In this document: positions 17,450-26,757 of the stretch, piece after piece
Layout: each line of letters starts with the position of its first letter
Numbering within the stretch: position 1 is the stretch's first letter
Origin: a virus
Lineage: Duplodnaviria; Caudoviricetes
Virus record (IMG/VR): IMGVR_UViG_3300047187_000002
Span: 1-48,829 of that record
Direction: 5' to 3' (one strand)
DNA length: 48,829 bases
Program-made: the position numbers and the translations under genes
Notes under the pieces: generated by a model
The model's database searches: none
Told to the model about the DNA's origin: nothing
Seen by the model: only the letters and a program-made list of their open reading frames with translations

Positions 17450-18082
17450 ATGAAAACAGAATTAGAGGTTAAGCAGAATGAGATGATTGAATTGCTTTGG
17501 GAAGCATTAGTTGATATGCCTATTCCTATTCCCGAAGGATTCTTTAAGTTGAGAGATGAGATTTCTGCTTTGGGAGAACAAGAGAAAGATAATCAAATTA
17601 TATTACTTTCCGCAGAAATACATGAACCCGATAAAAGTTCTCCTGAATTTTGTGGATGGATAAATGAAGTTAAAGGATGCATTGCACAGGAAAAAACACT
17701 TGAAAAATTAAAAGAATCACTCCTCGATGTTTACTGGATTAAACGAGCAGTCGAAAGTAAAATGGCAAAAGAACAAGAGAAAGAGCAACCAAAGAAAGTC
17801 TTGTCACCGGAAGAAATACTCAAAGATAATTTAAGCGATTATTATTGGGAATTGATTGAAGGACAAACAACATTGCCCGACCATGAAAAAACACTCAAAA
17901 AATGGATTCTTATTGCAATGGAAGACTACCATTCTCAATTTGAGGGGGAAGGACTCAGGGATGAGCCAACTAATTTAAGGGCAGAATTAAAGGAATTATT
18001 AGTATGGATAATTAATGAGCAATGGTTTTTAGAAGAAAAAAATTATAGAGAATGTCTTGACGAATATCTTAAAACCCGCTAA
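17450..18082 (+). CDS. Mosaic protein with internal HicB-like domain
   Basis: FCGWINEVKGCIAQEKTLEKLKESLLDV resembles HicB P.LPGC.TQG.T.EEA..NL.EA. Confidence 0.5.
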   Translation: MKTELEVKQNEMIELLWEALVDMPIPIPEGFFKLRDEISALGEQEKDNQIILLSAEIHEPDKSSPEFCGWINEVKGCIAQEKTLEKLKESLLDVYWIKRAVESKMAKEQEKEQPKKVLSPEEILKDNLSDYYWELIEGQTTLPDHEKTLKKWILIAMEDYHSQFEGEGLRDEPTNLRAELKELLVWIINEQWFLEEKNYRECLDEYLKTR

Positions 18083-18083
18083 A

Positions 18084-18290
18084 ATGGAATACTACAAGAA
18101 AGTTTACATTAAAGGTAAGGCAGAGAATTTGCCAAAAGAGGAAGGTGTTTATATTGCTAAACGAAAAGATGGCGGTATTTACGTTGATGAATATTTTGCA
18201 GGTAATAATTCATTAACACGTTGGCCTCAATATATTGACTGGTATCTCTTGCCTGTTTCCGAAGCCGAGCAGAGAGAAGAATTGATTTAG
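18084..18290 (+). CDS. Hypothetical protein
   Basis: ATG 18084; LPKEEGVY...IDWYL. Confidence 0.5.
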   Translation: MEYYKKVYIKGKAENLPKEEGVYIAKRKDGGIYVDEYFAGNNSLTRWPQYIDWYLLPVSEAEQREELI

Positions 18291-18537
18291 GGATTGTGTT
18301 TTTTTTATTCAGGAATTTGCCTCTCAATCTCAGCCAGAGATTACAGATAAATTAAAGATTAAACTACTTGAAATTAGGGATGCTTTAATTGAAGAAGATA
18401 TAGAGGAGGCTTATCATGTTTTGTATCAAATTCAAGATCCCAATTATGAAAAATATAGTGATACAATTTGGAAGGATTGGGAAGAAATCAGAGACAGATT
18501 AAAGAAATAAGCAATGTAAAATTAAATAAGAAACAAG

Positions 18538-18789
18538 ATGAATAAAAAACTAAAAATTCCTAAAGGTATTAAAGCATACGGATATACTGGCGTGTGGAGT
18601 TCAAATCAAGTAGGTTGGTTTGCCCCCAGACATATTGGAGGAAGCAGAAAATATCCTGATAGTCCTAACATTGATAAAGATAATCCCGATTATGAATATT
18701 TACAAGGGCAACGTCTTTTTCTGTGTGAAATAACAGTCATTCCGATTTTAGACAAACTTGGCAGTCCAATAACAAAAATTGTGCATTAA
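18538..18789 (+). CDS. Hypothetical protein
   Basis: ORF in accessory array. Confidence 0.55.
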   Translation: MNKKLKIPKGIKAYGYTGVWSSNQVGWFAPRHIGGSRKYPDSPNIDKDNPDYEYLQGQRLFLCEITVIPILDKLGSPITKIVH

Positions 18790-18802
18790 TAAGAAATAAG
18801 CA

Positions 18803-18988
18803 ATGGACAAGACTAGAAAATTAATAATAGCGCAAAGGGAGTTGATTTCCAATTTAATCTTGCAATTAATAATTACCGAACCAACAACTTGTTCAATGAG
18901 AAAAGAACATAATAAAATATTTGGTAAACAAATTAAACTTCAGAAGCGGATCGCCAAACTTGAAAAACAGATAATCGAGAATGAGTAA
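18803..18988 (+). CDS. Hypothetical coiled-coil protein
   Basis: ORF in accessory array. Confidence 0.5.
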   Translation: MDKTRKLIIAQRELISNLILQLIITEPTTCSMRKEHNKIFGKQIKLQKRIAKLEKQIIENE

Positions 18989-19169
18989 TAAACTTGAAAT
19001 AATTATCTGGGAGCCAGAAATTGTGAAAGCAGAATTATGTTGTAATGTTCGTTCACCTTATGATAAGACTATATTTTGTGACTTACCTGCGGGGCATGAT
19101 TCATTTCATTGGTACAGAGGTATCGCACGCTGGGGTAAAAGAGAAAGAAAGGCAGACGATGAATTATAA
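18981..19169 (+). CDS. Small Cys/His protein
   Basis: CC...CDLPAGHDSFH possible metal site. Confidence 0.5.
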   Translation: MSNKLEIIIWEPEIVKAELCCNVRSPYDKTIFCDLPAGHDSFHWYRGIARWGKRERKADDEL

Positions 19170-19380
19170 AGCAGAAGATTTTATAGTTAATGATTTTGGT
19201 TATTTTGAATTCTTTCACAGGAAGACACATGTTTGGGGAATTAAGAAGACATTCGTAGCAGGATATTTCGAAGTTAAAAGTGTCAATCAAGAAGGCATTG
19301 AATTGACAGATGGGCAGATAAAACCACTTCTTGTGCCGTATGATATGATAAAGGATTTTGAGAAAACATATAGAATATAG
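19159..19380 (+). CDS. Hypothetical protein
   Basis: ATG 19159 preferred start. Confidence 0.5.
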   Translation: MNYKAEDFIVNDFGYFEFFHRKTHVWGIKKTFVAGYFEVKSVNQEGIELTDGQIKPLLVPYDMIKDFEKTYRI

Positions 19381-19454
19381 TTAATAAAAAACAGATAAAT
19401 GTCAATAATATTTATACAAATTTATATAACAATACACAATAATACATAACTTTG
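19379..19454 (+). promoter_or_regulatory. Promoter of glycan cassette with paired upstream boxes
   Basis: AGTTAATAA 19379, TGTCAATAAT 19400, -7 element TAACTTTG 19447-19454. Confidence 0.55.
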
Positions 19455-19472
19455 GAACAATAATTTGTCATA

Positions 19473-20021
19473 ATGGTAAATTCTAATGAAATTTTGGATG
19501 CTGAATGGTTGGAGGCATTGAAAGGAGATAATTATCGTAATGAGATAACTACATGGACTCCTATTTATGAATGGATAATACCAAGAATAACAGGCAGAAT
19601 AGTTGCAGATGCTGGTTGCGGTTGCGGACATTTTCTTTCAATGCTAAAAGGTGTTCGAACAATAGGGATAGATGCAAGCATTGTGGCAATAACAGAAGCG
19701 AAAACTAGATGTATTACGACAGACTTTTATTTAAGAGACTTAGTCAACTCTGATATTTTATGGACATTAAAATATGATACCGTTGTTTTCACAGAAGTTT
19801 TGGAGCATATCAAAAAAGACAGAAAAGTTATTAAGTCTATTCCTTCCGGCAAGCAGGTATTTATTTCTGTTCCTAGAGAGCGGATACCCTCTGACACTCA
19901 TGTAAGGACTTATAAAAATCTTTCATTTTTAAAGAAATATTATGAATCTTACTTAAATATTATTGAAGCCAAAGAAGTAGGGATGCATCATTTTTTGTGT
20001 TTAAACGCGATAATGAAATGA
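19473..20021 (+). CDS. Class I SAM-dependent methyltransferase
   Basis: DAGCGCG, GIDAS, TEVLEHI. Confidence 0.85.
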   Translation: MVNSNEILDAEWLEALKGDNYRNEITTWTPIYEWIIPRITGRIVADAGCGCGHFLSMLKGVRTIGIDASIVAITEAKTRCITTDFYLRDLVNSDILWTLKYDTVVFTEVLEHIKKDRKVIKSIPSGKQVFISVPRERIPSDTHVRTYKNLSFLKKYYESYLNIIEAKEVGMHHFLCLNAIMK

Positions 20022-20680
20022 TAAGTCTGATAATAGTTGCTTATAAAGACAGGGGTTGGCTTGATGACACTATTGAAAGTGCAAAGAATCAGACTTTCAG
20101 AGATTATGAAGTGATACTTTGTTCAGATGGCAATCCTAAACTTGGTGTTTTTGCGCAGAAGCATAACATAGATTTTATTCTTGCAGAAAAAAAGAACTGG
20201 AGTCACTGTTTTAATTTAGCCGTTAATCATTGTTCGGGTGATTGGATCAAATGGTTAGATGATGATGATTTATTAACTCCGAATTGTTTAAATGACTTAT
20301 ATCAGGGTACGGGTACTGCTGATATGGTTTATGCGAATGCTATAAATTTTGATGCTGTAAAAGAGCAACTATATAAGTCTCCGGTTGGACTTTCTTTAAA
20401 AGACTTCCTGCCAATAGTAACTAATAGACTTCATGGCGGTACTGTTTTGATTAAAAAAACTGCTTTCAATGAAATTGGCGGCATGGATGAGAATCTCTTT
20501 TTTGCTGAGGAGTATGATTTTTATTTGAATATGCTCATTAAGGGAAAAACATTTACTCATGTCGATAGTACAGTAGTTAAATATCGGAAACATGCAGACA
20601 CTAATTCGGAGAGGAAAACTCCTGAGATAGAAAAACAGATTAAAGAATATTTAATAAAAAAATATCATGGCAGAGTGTAA
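20018..20680 (+). CDS. Glycosyltransferase family 2
   Basis: ISLIIVAY..SAKNQT..SDG..WLDDDD..EEYDF; ATG 20018 preferred start. Confidence 0.9.
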   Translation: MISLIIVAYKDRGWLDDTIESAKNQTFRDYEVILCSDGNPKLGVFAQKHNIDFILAEKKNWSHCFNLAVNHCSGDWIKWLDDDDLLTPNCLNDLYQGTGTADMVYANAINFDAVKEQLYKSPVGLSLKDFLPIVTNRLHGGTVLIKKTAFNEIGGMDENLFFAEEYDFYLNMLIKGKTFTHVDSTVVKYRKHADTNSERKTPEIEKQIKEYLIKKYHGRV

Positions 20681-21746
20681 AAGATGTTTGTTTAAAGAAC
20701 CGGTTGTCGTTCTTAATGATAAGGGCGTTTGTAATCTTTGTGAGATGCATGATGAGATAGAAAAACATTCTAAATTATCTGATTGGTATTTAATATTAAA
20801 GAAAATTCAGAACCAAAAGCGGAAATATCATTGTCTGATAGGTATCTCCGGGGGATTGGATTCATCCTTGCTTCTTGAAATGGCAATAAAGAAATGGAAA
20901 TTGAATCCTTTAGTTATTCACTTCGATAACGGCTGGAACTGTAGACAATCGAATAATAACATTGATATAATGGTTAAATCTCTCGGTGTTGATTTCATTC
21001 GTTATAGCATAAGCCAGAAAGAATATGATGAGATTAATAAATGTTTTTTACTGGCTTCTGTTAGTGATGCGGATATTCCGAATGATATGGCAATGGCAGA
21101 AATGATGTTAAGAACAGCGCATCAATACGGTATAAAGTATATTCTTAACGGTCATAACTTTCGCACCGAGGGAAGTTCCCCGCTTACTTGGTCATATATG
21201 GATTCTAAATATATTGAATCCGTTTATGAACAATTTTCGGGTAAGAAGATTAAATCATTTCCTTTACTTACTTTTAGAAAGCAATTATTCTATAATCTTT
21301 TAAGGATAAAAAAGATAGACCCATTCCATTATCTTGAAGTTGATATAAACACGGAAAGAGAGAGACTTAAAAAAGAATATGGATGGAGAGATTATGGTCC
21401 CAAACATTCAGAGAATATATACACTGGATTTATAGGAGCTTATTATTTGCCAGAGAAGTTTAATATTGACAAGCGGATAACTTATGAATCTGCACTTATC
21501 CGTTCTGGTAAAGAGAGGAAAGAATTAGGACCGAGGCCGGAATATAATAAAAGAATTCTGTATAAGGTTTTACATAGAACAGGAGTAAATAAACGGCTTT
21601 TTAAGAAAATAATGGAGTCTCCTCCAAAGACACATACAGATTATAAAACTTATCATTCGACATTTAAGAAGTGGAAGTTTGTGTTTTATGTGATGATGAA
21701 ACTCAATCTCATTCAATATACATTTTATAAAAAATATACACAATGA
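20667..21746 (+). CDS. N-acetyl sugar amidotransferase (WbuX-like)
   Basis: CKRC..CNLC; PP-loop ISGGLDSS; HFDNGWN. Confidence 0.85.
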   Translation: MAECKRCLFKEPVVVLNDKGVCNLCEMHDEIEKHSKLSDWYLILKKIQNQKRKYHCLIGISGGLDSSLLLEMAIKKWKLNPLVIHFDNGWNCRQSNNNIDIMVKSLGVDFIRYSISQKEYDEINKCFLLASVSDADIPNDMAMAEMMLRTAHQYGIKYILNGHNFRTEGSSPLTWSYMDSKYIESVYEQFSGKKIKSFPLLTFRKQLFYNLLRIKKIDPFHYLEVDINTERERLKKEYGWRDYGPKHSENIYTGFIGAYYLPEKFNIDKRITYESALIRSGKERKELGPRPEYNKRILYKVLHRTGVNKRLFKKIMESPPKTHTDYKTYHSTFKKWKFVFYVMMKLNLIQYTFYKKYTQ

Positions 21747-21753
21747 TCCTCCT

Positions 21754-21836
21754 GCCGGGAATGGGTTACGTCTCCAATGGAGATAAAAACGGTGTAATCA
21801 AGTGCCAAAACGGTACAATCCCATCCCGGCTTTTTT
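21754..21836 (+). other. Multibranch RNA structure with U-tract inside the glycan operon
   Basis: GCCGGGA(A)TGGG pairs with CCCATCCCGGC, two inner hairpins, T6. Confidence 0.5.
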
Positions 21837-21845
21837 AATAAAGAC

Positions 21846-22604
21846 ATGAAAATTAGTATCGTAATCGCATATTACAATCGTAAGAAACAACTTCTTAAAT
21901 CATTGGAGTCAATTTGGCATTATGGGAATCCTGAGATTATAATTATTGATGATGGAAGTACAGAAAGAATAGATGACATTGAAGGAATAAAACTAATTAG
22001 AATTGAACCAGAGGAGAAATGGTATTCAAATCCCTGTATCCCTTTCAACATTGGACTTAGTAAAGCGGAGGGCGATATTATTATCATTCAAAACCCTGAA
22101 TGTATTCATATAGGCAATATCTTATCATATTGTAAAAAATTAATCCCCGATACTGTTTTTAGTTTTGCGGCTTATTCTTTAGACTTTCCATTAGAATATG
22201 ACAACTATAATTTATCTGTATTAAAGAACTTTATTATGTCACTGCCCCAGCAACGGCAGGTTTCGCATCAGGGTTGGTATAATCATTCAATATATAGGCC
22301 GGAGGCTTTGCATTTTTGTAATGCCTTTATGAGAGAGGACATAGAACGAATAGGGGGATTTGACGAACGTTATGCTAATGGTATTTGTTTTGATGATAAT
22401 GATTTGGTTGTCCGCATCAGGAGGGCAAAGATGAAAATAGATATAATAGATAATCCTTTTGTTATTCATCAGCAACACGAAAGGACTGATTATGCCCATC
22501 TATGGAATAAACGAATGATTAACTTTGGAATCTTCGAAAAGGCCGGGAAGGAAACTTGTATTAAACCGCCGAATAATAAATATTACGGATTATGTGGAAG
22601 TTAA
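21846..22604 (+). CDS. Glycosyltransferase family 2
   Basis: ISIVIAYYNR..IDDGS..GGFDERY..DDNDL. Confidence 0.9.
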   Translation: MKISIVIAYYNRKKQLLKSLESIWHYGNPEIIIIDDGSTERIDDIEGIKLIRIEPEEKWYSNPCIPFNIGLSKAEGDIIIIQNPECIHIGNILSYCKKLIPDTVFSFAAYSLDFPLEYDNYNLSVLKNFIMSLPQQRQVSHQGWYNHSIYRPEALHFCNAFMREDIERIGGFDERYANGICFDDNDLVVRIRRAKMKIDIIDNPFVIHQQHERTDYAHLWNKRMINFGIFEKAGKETCIKPPNNKYYGLCGS

Positions 22605-23407
22605 ATGTCCCTAAAATATTGCATGTTTATTGGGGAGGAGAAAAATTATCTTATCTTCGTTTCATGACCGTTAAATCATTTATGGCATATAATCCTGATT
22701 GGAACGTGATGCTGTGGTATCCCAAGTACCCTTATAAAACTGTGACATGGAACACTTCAGAATTAAACTATAAAAAAGAATGGGATGATTATTTCCCTGA
22801 ACTTTTAAAACTTGATATTAAAAAGCAGGCAGTTGATTTTACAGATTATGGGATTAAGAATGAAATTTCGGAAGTTCATAAATCGGATTTTTTAAGGTAC
22901 TATTTTCTGAATAAATACGGTGGAGTTTATTCTGACATGGATATTCTTTATTTTCGCTCCATTACAAATCTGGCAGTTAATAGAAAGATCAATAAAGACA
23001 TTAAAACATTCGTTTGTCTTTCCCATTATGGTCATTCAAACGGATTCTTTATGGCACAAGAAGGAAGCCAATTCTTTGGCAGGATGTTTGAACTTGCTCA
23101 TGATGTAGAACTCGTGAAATATCAAAGCAATGGGCCTGATCTTTGTAATAAGCATTTTCCTACATTGGAATCAATTAATAAAATTTCTTCAACAGTTAAT
23201 ATAGGCATGGAAGCGGTTTATTATTATAATGGCCAGAATGTCTGGAATATTTATAATGATAAAGTGCTTAATTTCTCTGCCAGATCAATAGGTATTCACT
23301 GGTATGCAGGACATCCGCTATCCGGGATGTTTCTTAATAATACAAAAGGAGGGATTGACAATTATCCCGATAATATACTTGGTAATATATGTAAAATAGT
23401 ATTATGA
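22592..23407 (+). CDS. DXD glycosyltransferase (GT32-like)
   Basis: PKILHVYW...SDFLRY..KYGGVYSDMD. Confidence 0.85.
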   Translation: MWKLNVPKILHVYWGGEKLSYLRFMTVKSFMAYNPDWNVMLWYPKYPYKTVTWNTSELNYKKEWDDYFPELLKLDIKKQAVDFTDYGIKNEISEVHKSDFLRYYFLNKYGGVYSDMDILYFRSITNLAVNRKINKDIKTFVCLSHYGHSNGFFMAQEGSQFFGRMFELAHDVELVKYQSNGPDLCNKHFPTLESINKISSTVNIGMEAVYYYNGQNVWNIYNDKVLNFSARSIGIHWYAGHPLSGMFLNNTKGGIDNYPDNILGNICKIVL

Positions 23408-24522
23408 AAATCTTAACTTTAACAGGAACTCGTCCTGAACTTATTCGTCTTTCAGTAATTTTACGAAAATTGGACAAAGTTTGTGATCATATTCACGTTC
23501 ATACGAATCAGAATTTTGATCCCTCGCTTAATGATATATTCTTTAAGGATCTGAAGATAAGAAAACCTAATTATACATTTAAAAAGGCTACCAGTCTTGG
23601 TGAATTTTTAAGTAACGGGTTCAGAATATTTGAATTTATATTAGTAACTGAGAAGCCGGACAAGATTTTGATTCTTGGTGATACGAACTCTGTTCTCTTT
23701 GGTATTCTTGCAGCAAAACGAGGTATCCCTATTTATCACATGGAAGCCGGGAATAGATGTTATGATACACAAGTGCCGGAGGAAACTAACCGGATGATAA
23801 TAGATTCTTGTTCTCTTTACAATCTTCCTTATACTGAAAATTCGAAGGAGAATCTTATCAGGGAGGGACATTCAAAGAACTTTGTTTTCAAGATAGGTAA
23901 TCCGATAAAAGAAGTCTTAGATTATTATGAATATGAAATTAGTAATAGTGATATTCTTGAAAGACTTGGGTTAATGCCTTATTCTGAAGATGCCCTGGCT
24001 TGTTATACACTTCTTTCATTTCATCGTACTGAGAATGTGGATTCCAGGTATGTCGCATGGAACGTTGTCGAGGCTGTTAATAAGATAGCAGAAGAAATGC
24101 CGGTAGTTTATTCATTCCATCCCCGAACTAAAGATCAGTTTGCAAAACATGGGATAAAGTTTTCAGATAATGTCAAGTTGATTGACCCGGTGGGATTCTT
24201 TGATTTTGTCAGTCTTGAGAAACATGCTAAAGTTGTTTTGACAGATTCGGGGACAGTGCCGGAGGAGACTTCATTGTTTCATGTGCCTACTATTGTACTT
24301 AGAAACACTACTGAGAGACAGGAACTGATGGAAAATGGCACTTTGATTCTTGCCGGAACAAAGACGGAGGCTATTTTAAGGGCATTTAAGAGCATCAAAG
24401 ATTTGCCTAATGACTGGCACGGGCTAAAAGATTATGATAAGGTTAACGTCTCTGACACGGTTATACGGTTGCTTTTAGGGCAGACGCCTGTTATTAAGAG
24501 AAAAGGACATGATGAATACTAA
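23404..24522 (+). CDS. Non-hydrolysing UDP-N-acetylhexosamine 2-epimerase (FnlC/WbjD/Cap5G-like)
   Basis: GTRPELIRLS; GDTNS; HMEAGNRCYD..VPEETNR; TDSG. Confidence 0.9.
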   Translation: MKILTLTGTRPELIRLSVILRKLDKVCDHIHVHTNQNFDPSLNDIFFKDLKIRKPNYTFKKATSLGEFLSNGFRIFEFILVTEKPDKILILGDTNSVLFGILAAKRGIPIYHMEAGNRCYDTQVPEETNRMIIDSCSLYNLPYTENSKENLIREGHSKNFVFKIGNPIKEVLDYYEYEISNSDILERLGLMPYSEDALACYTLLSFHRTENVDSRYVAWNVVEAVNKIAEEMPVVYSFHPRTKDQFAKHGIKFSDNVKLIDPVGFFDFVSLEKHAKVVLTDSGTVPEETSLFHVPTIVLRNTTERQELMENGTLILAGTKTEAILRAFKSIKDLPNDWHGLKDYDKVNVSDTVIRLLLGQTPVIKRKGHDEY

Positions 24523-25535
24523 TGTTTAAAGACAAAATTATATTAATTTCCGGCGGTTCGGGTTCATGGGGCCGTGAACTGACAAAGCAACTTCTTTTGA
24601 AAGAACCCCAACAGATAACAATCTTTTCACGGGGAGAGATTTCACAAGTTGATATGAACAGGACATTTAACAATCCAATAGTGGAATATGTCATTGGTGA
24701 TATAAGGGATAAAGAAGCGGTTAATTTAGTCGTATCACAGAAGCCGGATTATATCTTTCAACTTGCAGCTCTGAAACACGTCCCCATTTGTGAAAACCAA
24801 CCACGGGAAGCAATAAAGACAAATATTATTGGAACTGAAAACCTGATAGATGCTGCAATTCGGTACAAAGTAAAGAAGTTCATTGACATATCAACCGACA
24901 AAGCCGCTGACCCTTCGAATCTTTATGGGATGACAAAAGGCATAGGAGAGAAACTAACAATTCAGGCTAACTGCTTAACAACAGATACGGAATTTATCTG
25001 CATCAGAGGAGGTAATGTTTTGGGTACAAATGGTAGTATAGTTCCTTATGTGATTGACCAGATAAAGACTTGTAACAAAGTGAGGGTGACGGATGACAGA
25101 ATGACACGGTTTTTTCTTACTCTCCCTCAGGCTGTCAGTCTTATATTTTATGCGGTGGAGAAAGGCATTGGAGGTGAGACTTATGTGATGAATATGCCTT
25201 CATTTTACATAATAGATTTAGTAGAGATTTTAGTCAGCTTTTACGGCAATGCAGATACGGAAATAGATATTGTAGGTATCCGGGAAGGTGAAAAGCTGCA
25301 TGAGGTTCTCATTTCAGAACATGAAGTGTCGAGAACGGATTATGTAAACGAAGATTATTATGTTATCTATCCACAACTGAAAACTGGCAGGGCATATTAT
25401 CACGACTGGAATCAGGATGATAAGATTTGGGATGGTAAAGGAGACACGAGATTAAAACACGCATTAACATCTAAGAATAATTTGAAAGATAAAGATTATT
25501 TAACTAAACTTTTAAGGGGAGGGGGCTGGTTATGA
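24522..25535 (+). CDS. UDP-GlcNAc 4,6-dehydratase (PseB/FnlA-like SDR)
   Basis: GGSGSWG; AALKHVP.CE; STDKA; YGMTK; GIREGEKLHE. Confidence 0.9.
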   Translation: MFKDKIILISGGSGSWGRELTKQLLLKEPQQITIFSRGEISQVDMNRTFNNPIVEYVIGDIRDKEAVNLVVSQKPDYIFQLAALKHVPICENQPREAIKTNIIGTENLIDAAIRYKVKKFIDISTDKAADPSNLYGMTKGIGEKLTIQANCLTTDTEFICIRGGNVLGTNGSIVPYVIDQIKTCNKVRVTDDRMTRFFLTLPQAVSLIFYAVEKGIGGETYVMNMPSFYIIDLVEILVSFYGNADTEIDIVGIREGEKLHEVLISEHEVSRTDYVNEDYYVIYPQLKTGRAYYHDWNQDDKIWDGKGDTRLKHALTSKNNLKDKDYLTKLLRGGGWL

Positions 25536-26272
25536 AATGTCCGTATAATGATTTTGGTTGTACTGAGGTAGATACTTCAGGTATGGATAAGATAGACTGT
25601 AAAGATTGCAGAAACTATATAAAGCGATATGCTTTAATTGCTTCTTTACCCGATAGAGAAAAGATGCTTGAAAAGACAGTTGAAAGTCTCCGGCATCAGG
25701 TTGATGATATTTATGTCACTCTTAACGACTATGATCATGTACCTGAGTTCTTATTCGATTGTCATTCTATCATCTTAGATAATTCAATGGGCGATGCAGG
25801 TAAGTTTTACTTTGCCGATAAGTTAAAAGGTTACATTCTGACTTGTGATGATGACCTTATTTATCCTCCTGGTTATGTAGATAAGATGATTAAAGGAGTT
25901 GAGAAATACAAATGTGCCTGTTCACTTCATGGGCGAGATTATTCCCGTCCTGTTATTGGCTTTCAGGAAGCATTTAAAGGTTATCCTTGTCTTGGCACAG
26001 TATTGGAAGATACGAAAGTGGATGTCGGCGGCGACGGTGTTATGTGTTGGCATACTGATTTCTTAAAAGTAAAGTTCTCTGACTTCAAACAAAAGAATAT
26101 GAGTCAACTTTATTTCTCTAAATTATGCAAAGAACAAAATGTCCCGATAATGGTTCTTGCTCATCAGGCAGGATATCTGGGTTACATGAATCCGGCATGG
26201 ACAATATGGGAAGAGGAATCAAAGAACGGATTTGTCAGACAAACGGAATTACTTAAAACATTTTTAAAATGA
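25532..26272 (+). CDS. GT-A fold glycosyltransferase with short Cys-rich N-terminus
   Basis: IASLPDRE..SLRHQVD..GDAGKF..TCDDDLIYPP. Confidence 0.8.
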   Translation: MKCPYNDFGCTEVDTSGMDKIDCKDCRNYIKRYALIASLPDREKMLEKTVESLRHQVDDIYVTLNDYDHVPEFLFDCHSIILDNSMGDAGKFYFADKLKGYILTCDDDLIYPPGYVDKMIKGVEKYKCACSLHGRDYSRPVIGFQEAFKGYPCLGTVLEDTKVDVGGDGVMCWHTDFLKVKFSDFKQKNMSQLYFSKLCKEQNVPIMVLAHQAGYLGYMNPAWTIWEEESKNGFVRQTELLKTFLK

Positions 26273-26400
26273 TACGAAAAGTAAAAGGTGGGTTTAAATT
26301 GGTTTCCCATAAAGGGAAGAGTCTTGGAAAATACAAGACAAAGAAAGCTGCATTGAAAAGAGAACGGCAGGTGAATTACTTTAAAAATAAAGATAAATGA
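26269..26400 (+). CDS. Small basic phage protein (43 aa)
   Basis: MIRKVKGGFKLVSHKGKSLGKYKTKKAALKRERQVNYFK; ATGA-coupled. Confidence 0.65.
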   Translation: MIRKVKGGFKLVSHKGKSLGKYKTKKAALKRERQVNYFKNKDK

Positions 26401-26442
26401 TTATAACTAAAGATTAAGTTAAACAGCGAAAATACAGCGAAT

Positions 26443-26757
26443 ATGCCAAATCCTGAGAATTTAATTAACGAGGGTTTTGAAAAACATCCTGAACGTATTA
26501 ACAAAAAAGGGCGACCAAAGAAAATCCCTCAGTTGGATGTGTTACTTGCAGAGATATTTTCTGAGAAGGAAATGACTGAGATATTAAGGGCACTCCAGAA
26601 GATAGCAAAGAAGGGAAATGTTAAAGCTGCTGAAGTAATTCTTGACCGTGCTTATGGCAAGGCCAAACAGCAACTGGACATAACAACTGATGGCGAAAAG
26701 ATCAATACAATAAAACTCGTGAGGGGAAATGAGGGAGCTGATAATAAATCACAGTAA
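26443..26757 (+). CDS. Terminase small subunit
   Basis: INKKGRPKK...ILDRAYGK..DITTDGEKI; overlaps TerL. Confidence 0.75.
   Translation: MPNPENLINEGFEKHPERINKKGRPKKIPQLDVLLAEIFSEKEMTEILRALQKIAKKGNVKAAEVILDRAYGKAKQQLDITTDGEKINTIKLVRGNEGADNKSQ

Noticed and set aside
19473-26272. DNA hypermodification (base glycosylation) cluster
   Set aside because: No hydroxymethylase, TET/JBP, nucleotide kinase or own polymerase recognised; the enzymes resemble surface-glycan families. Disfavoured, not excluded.
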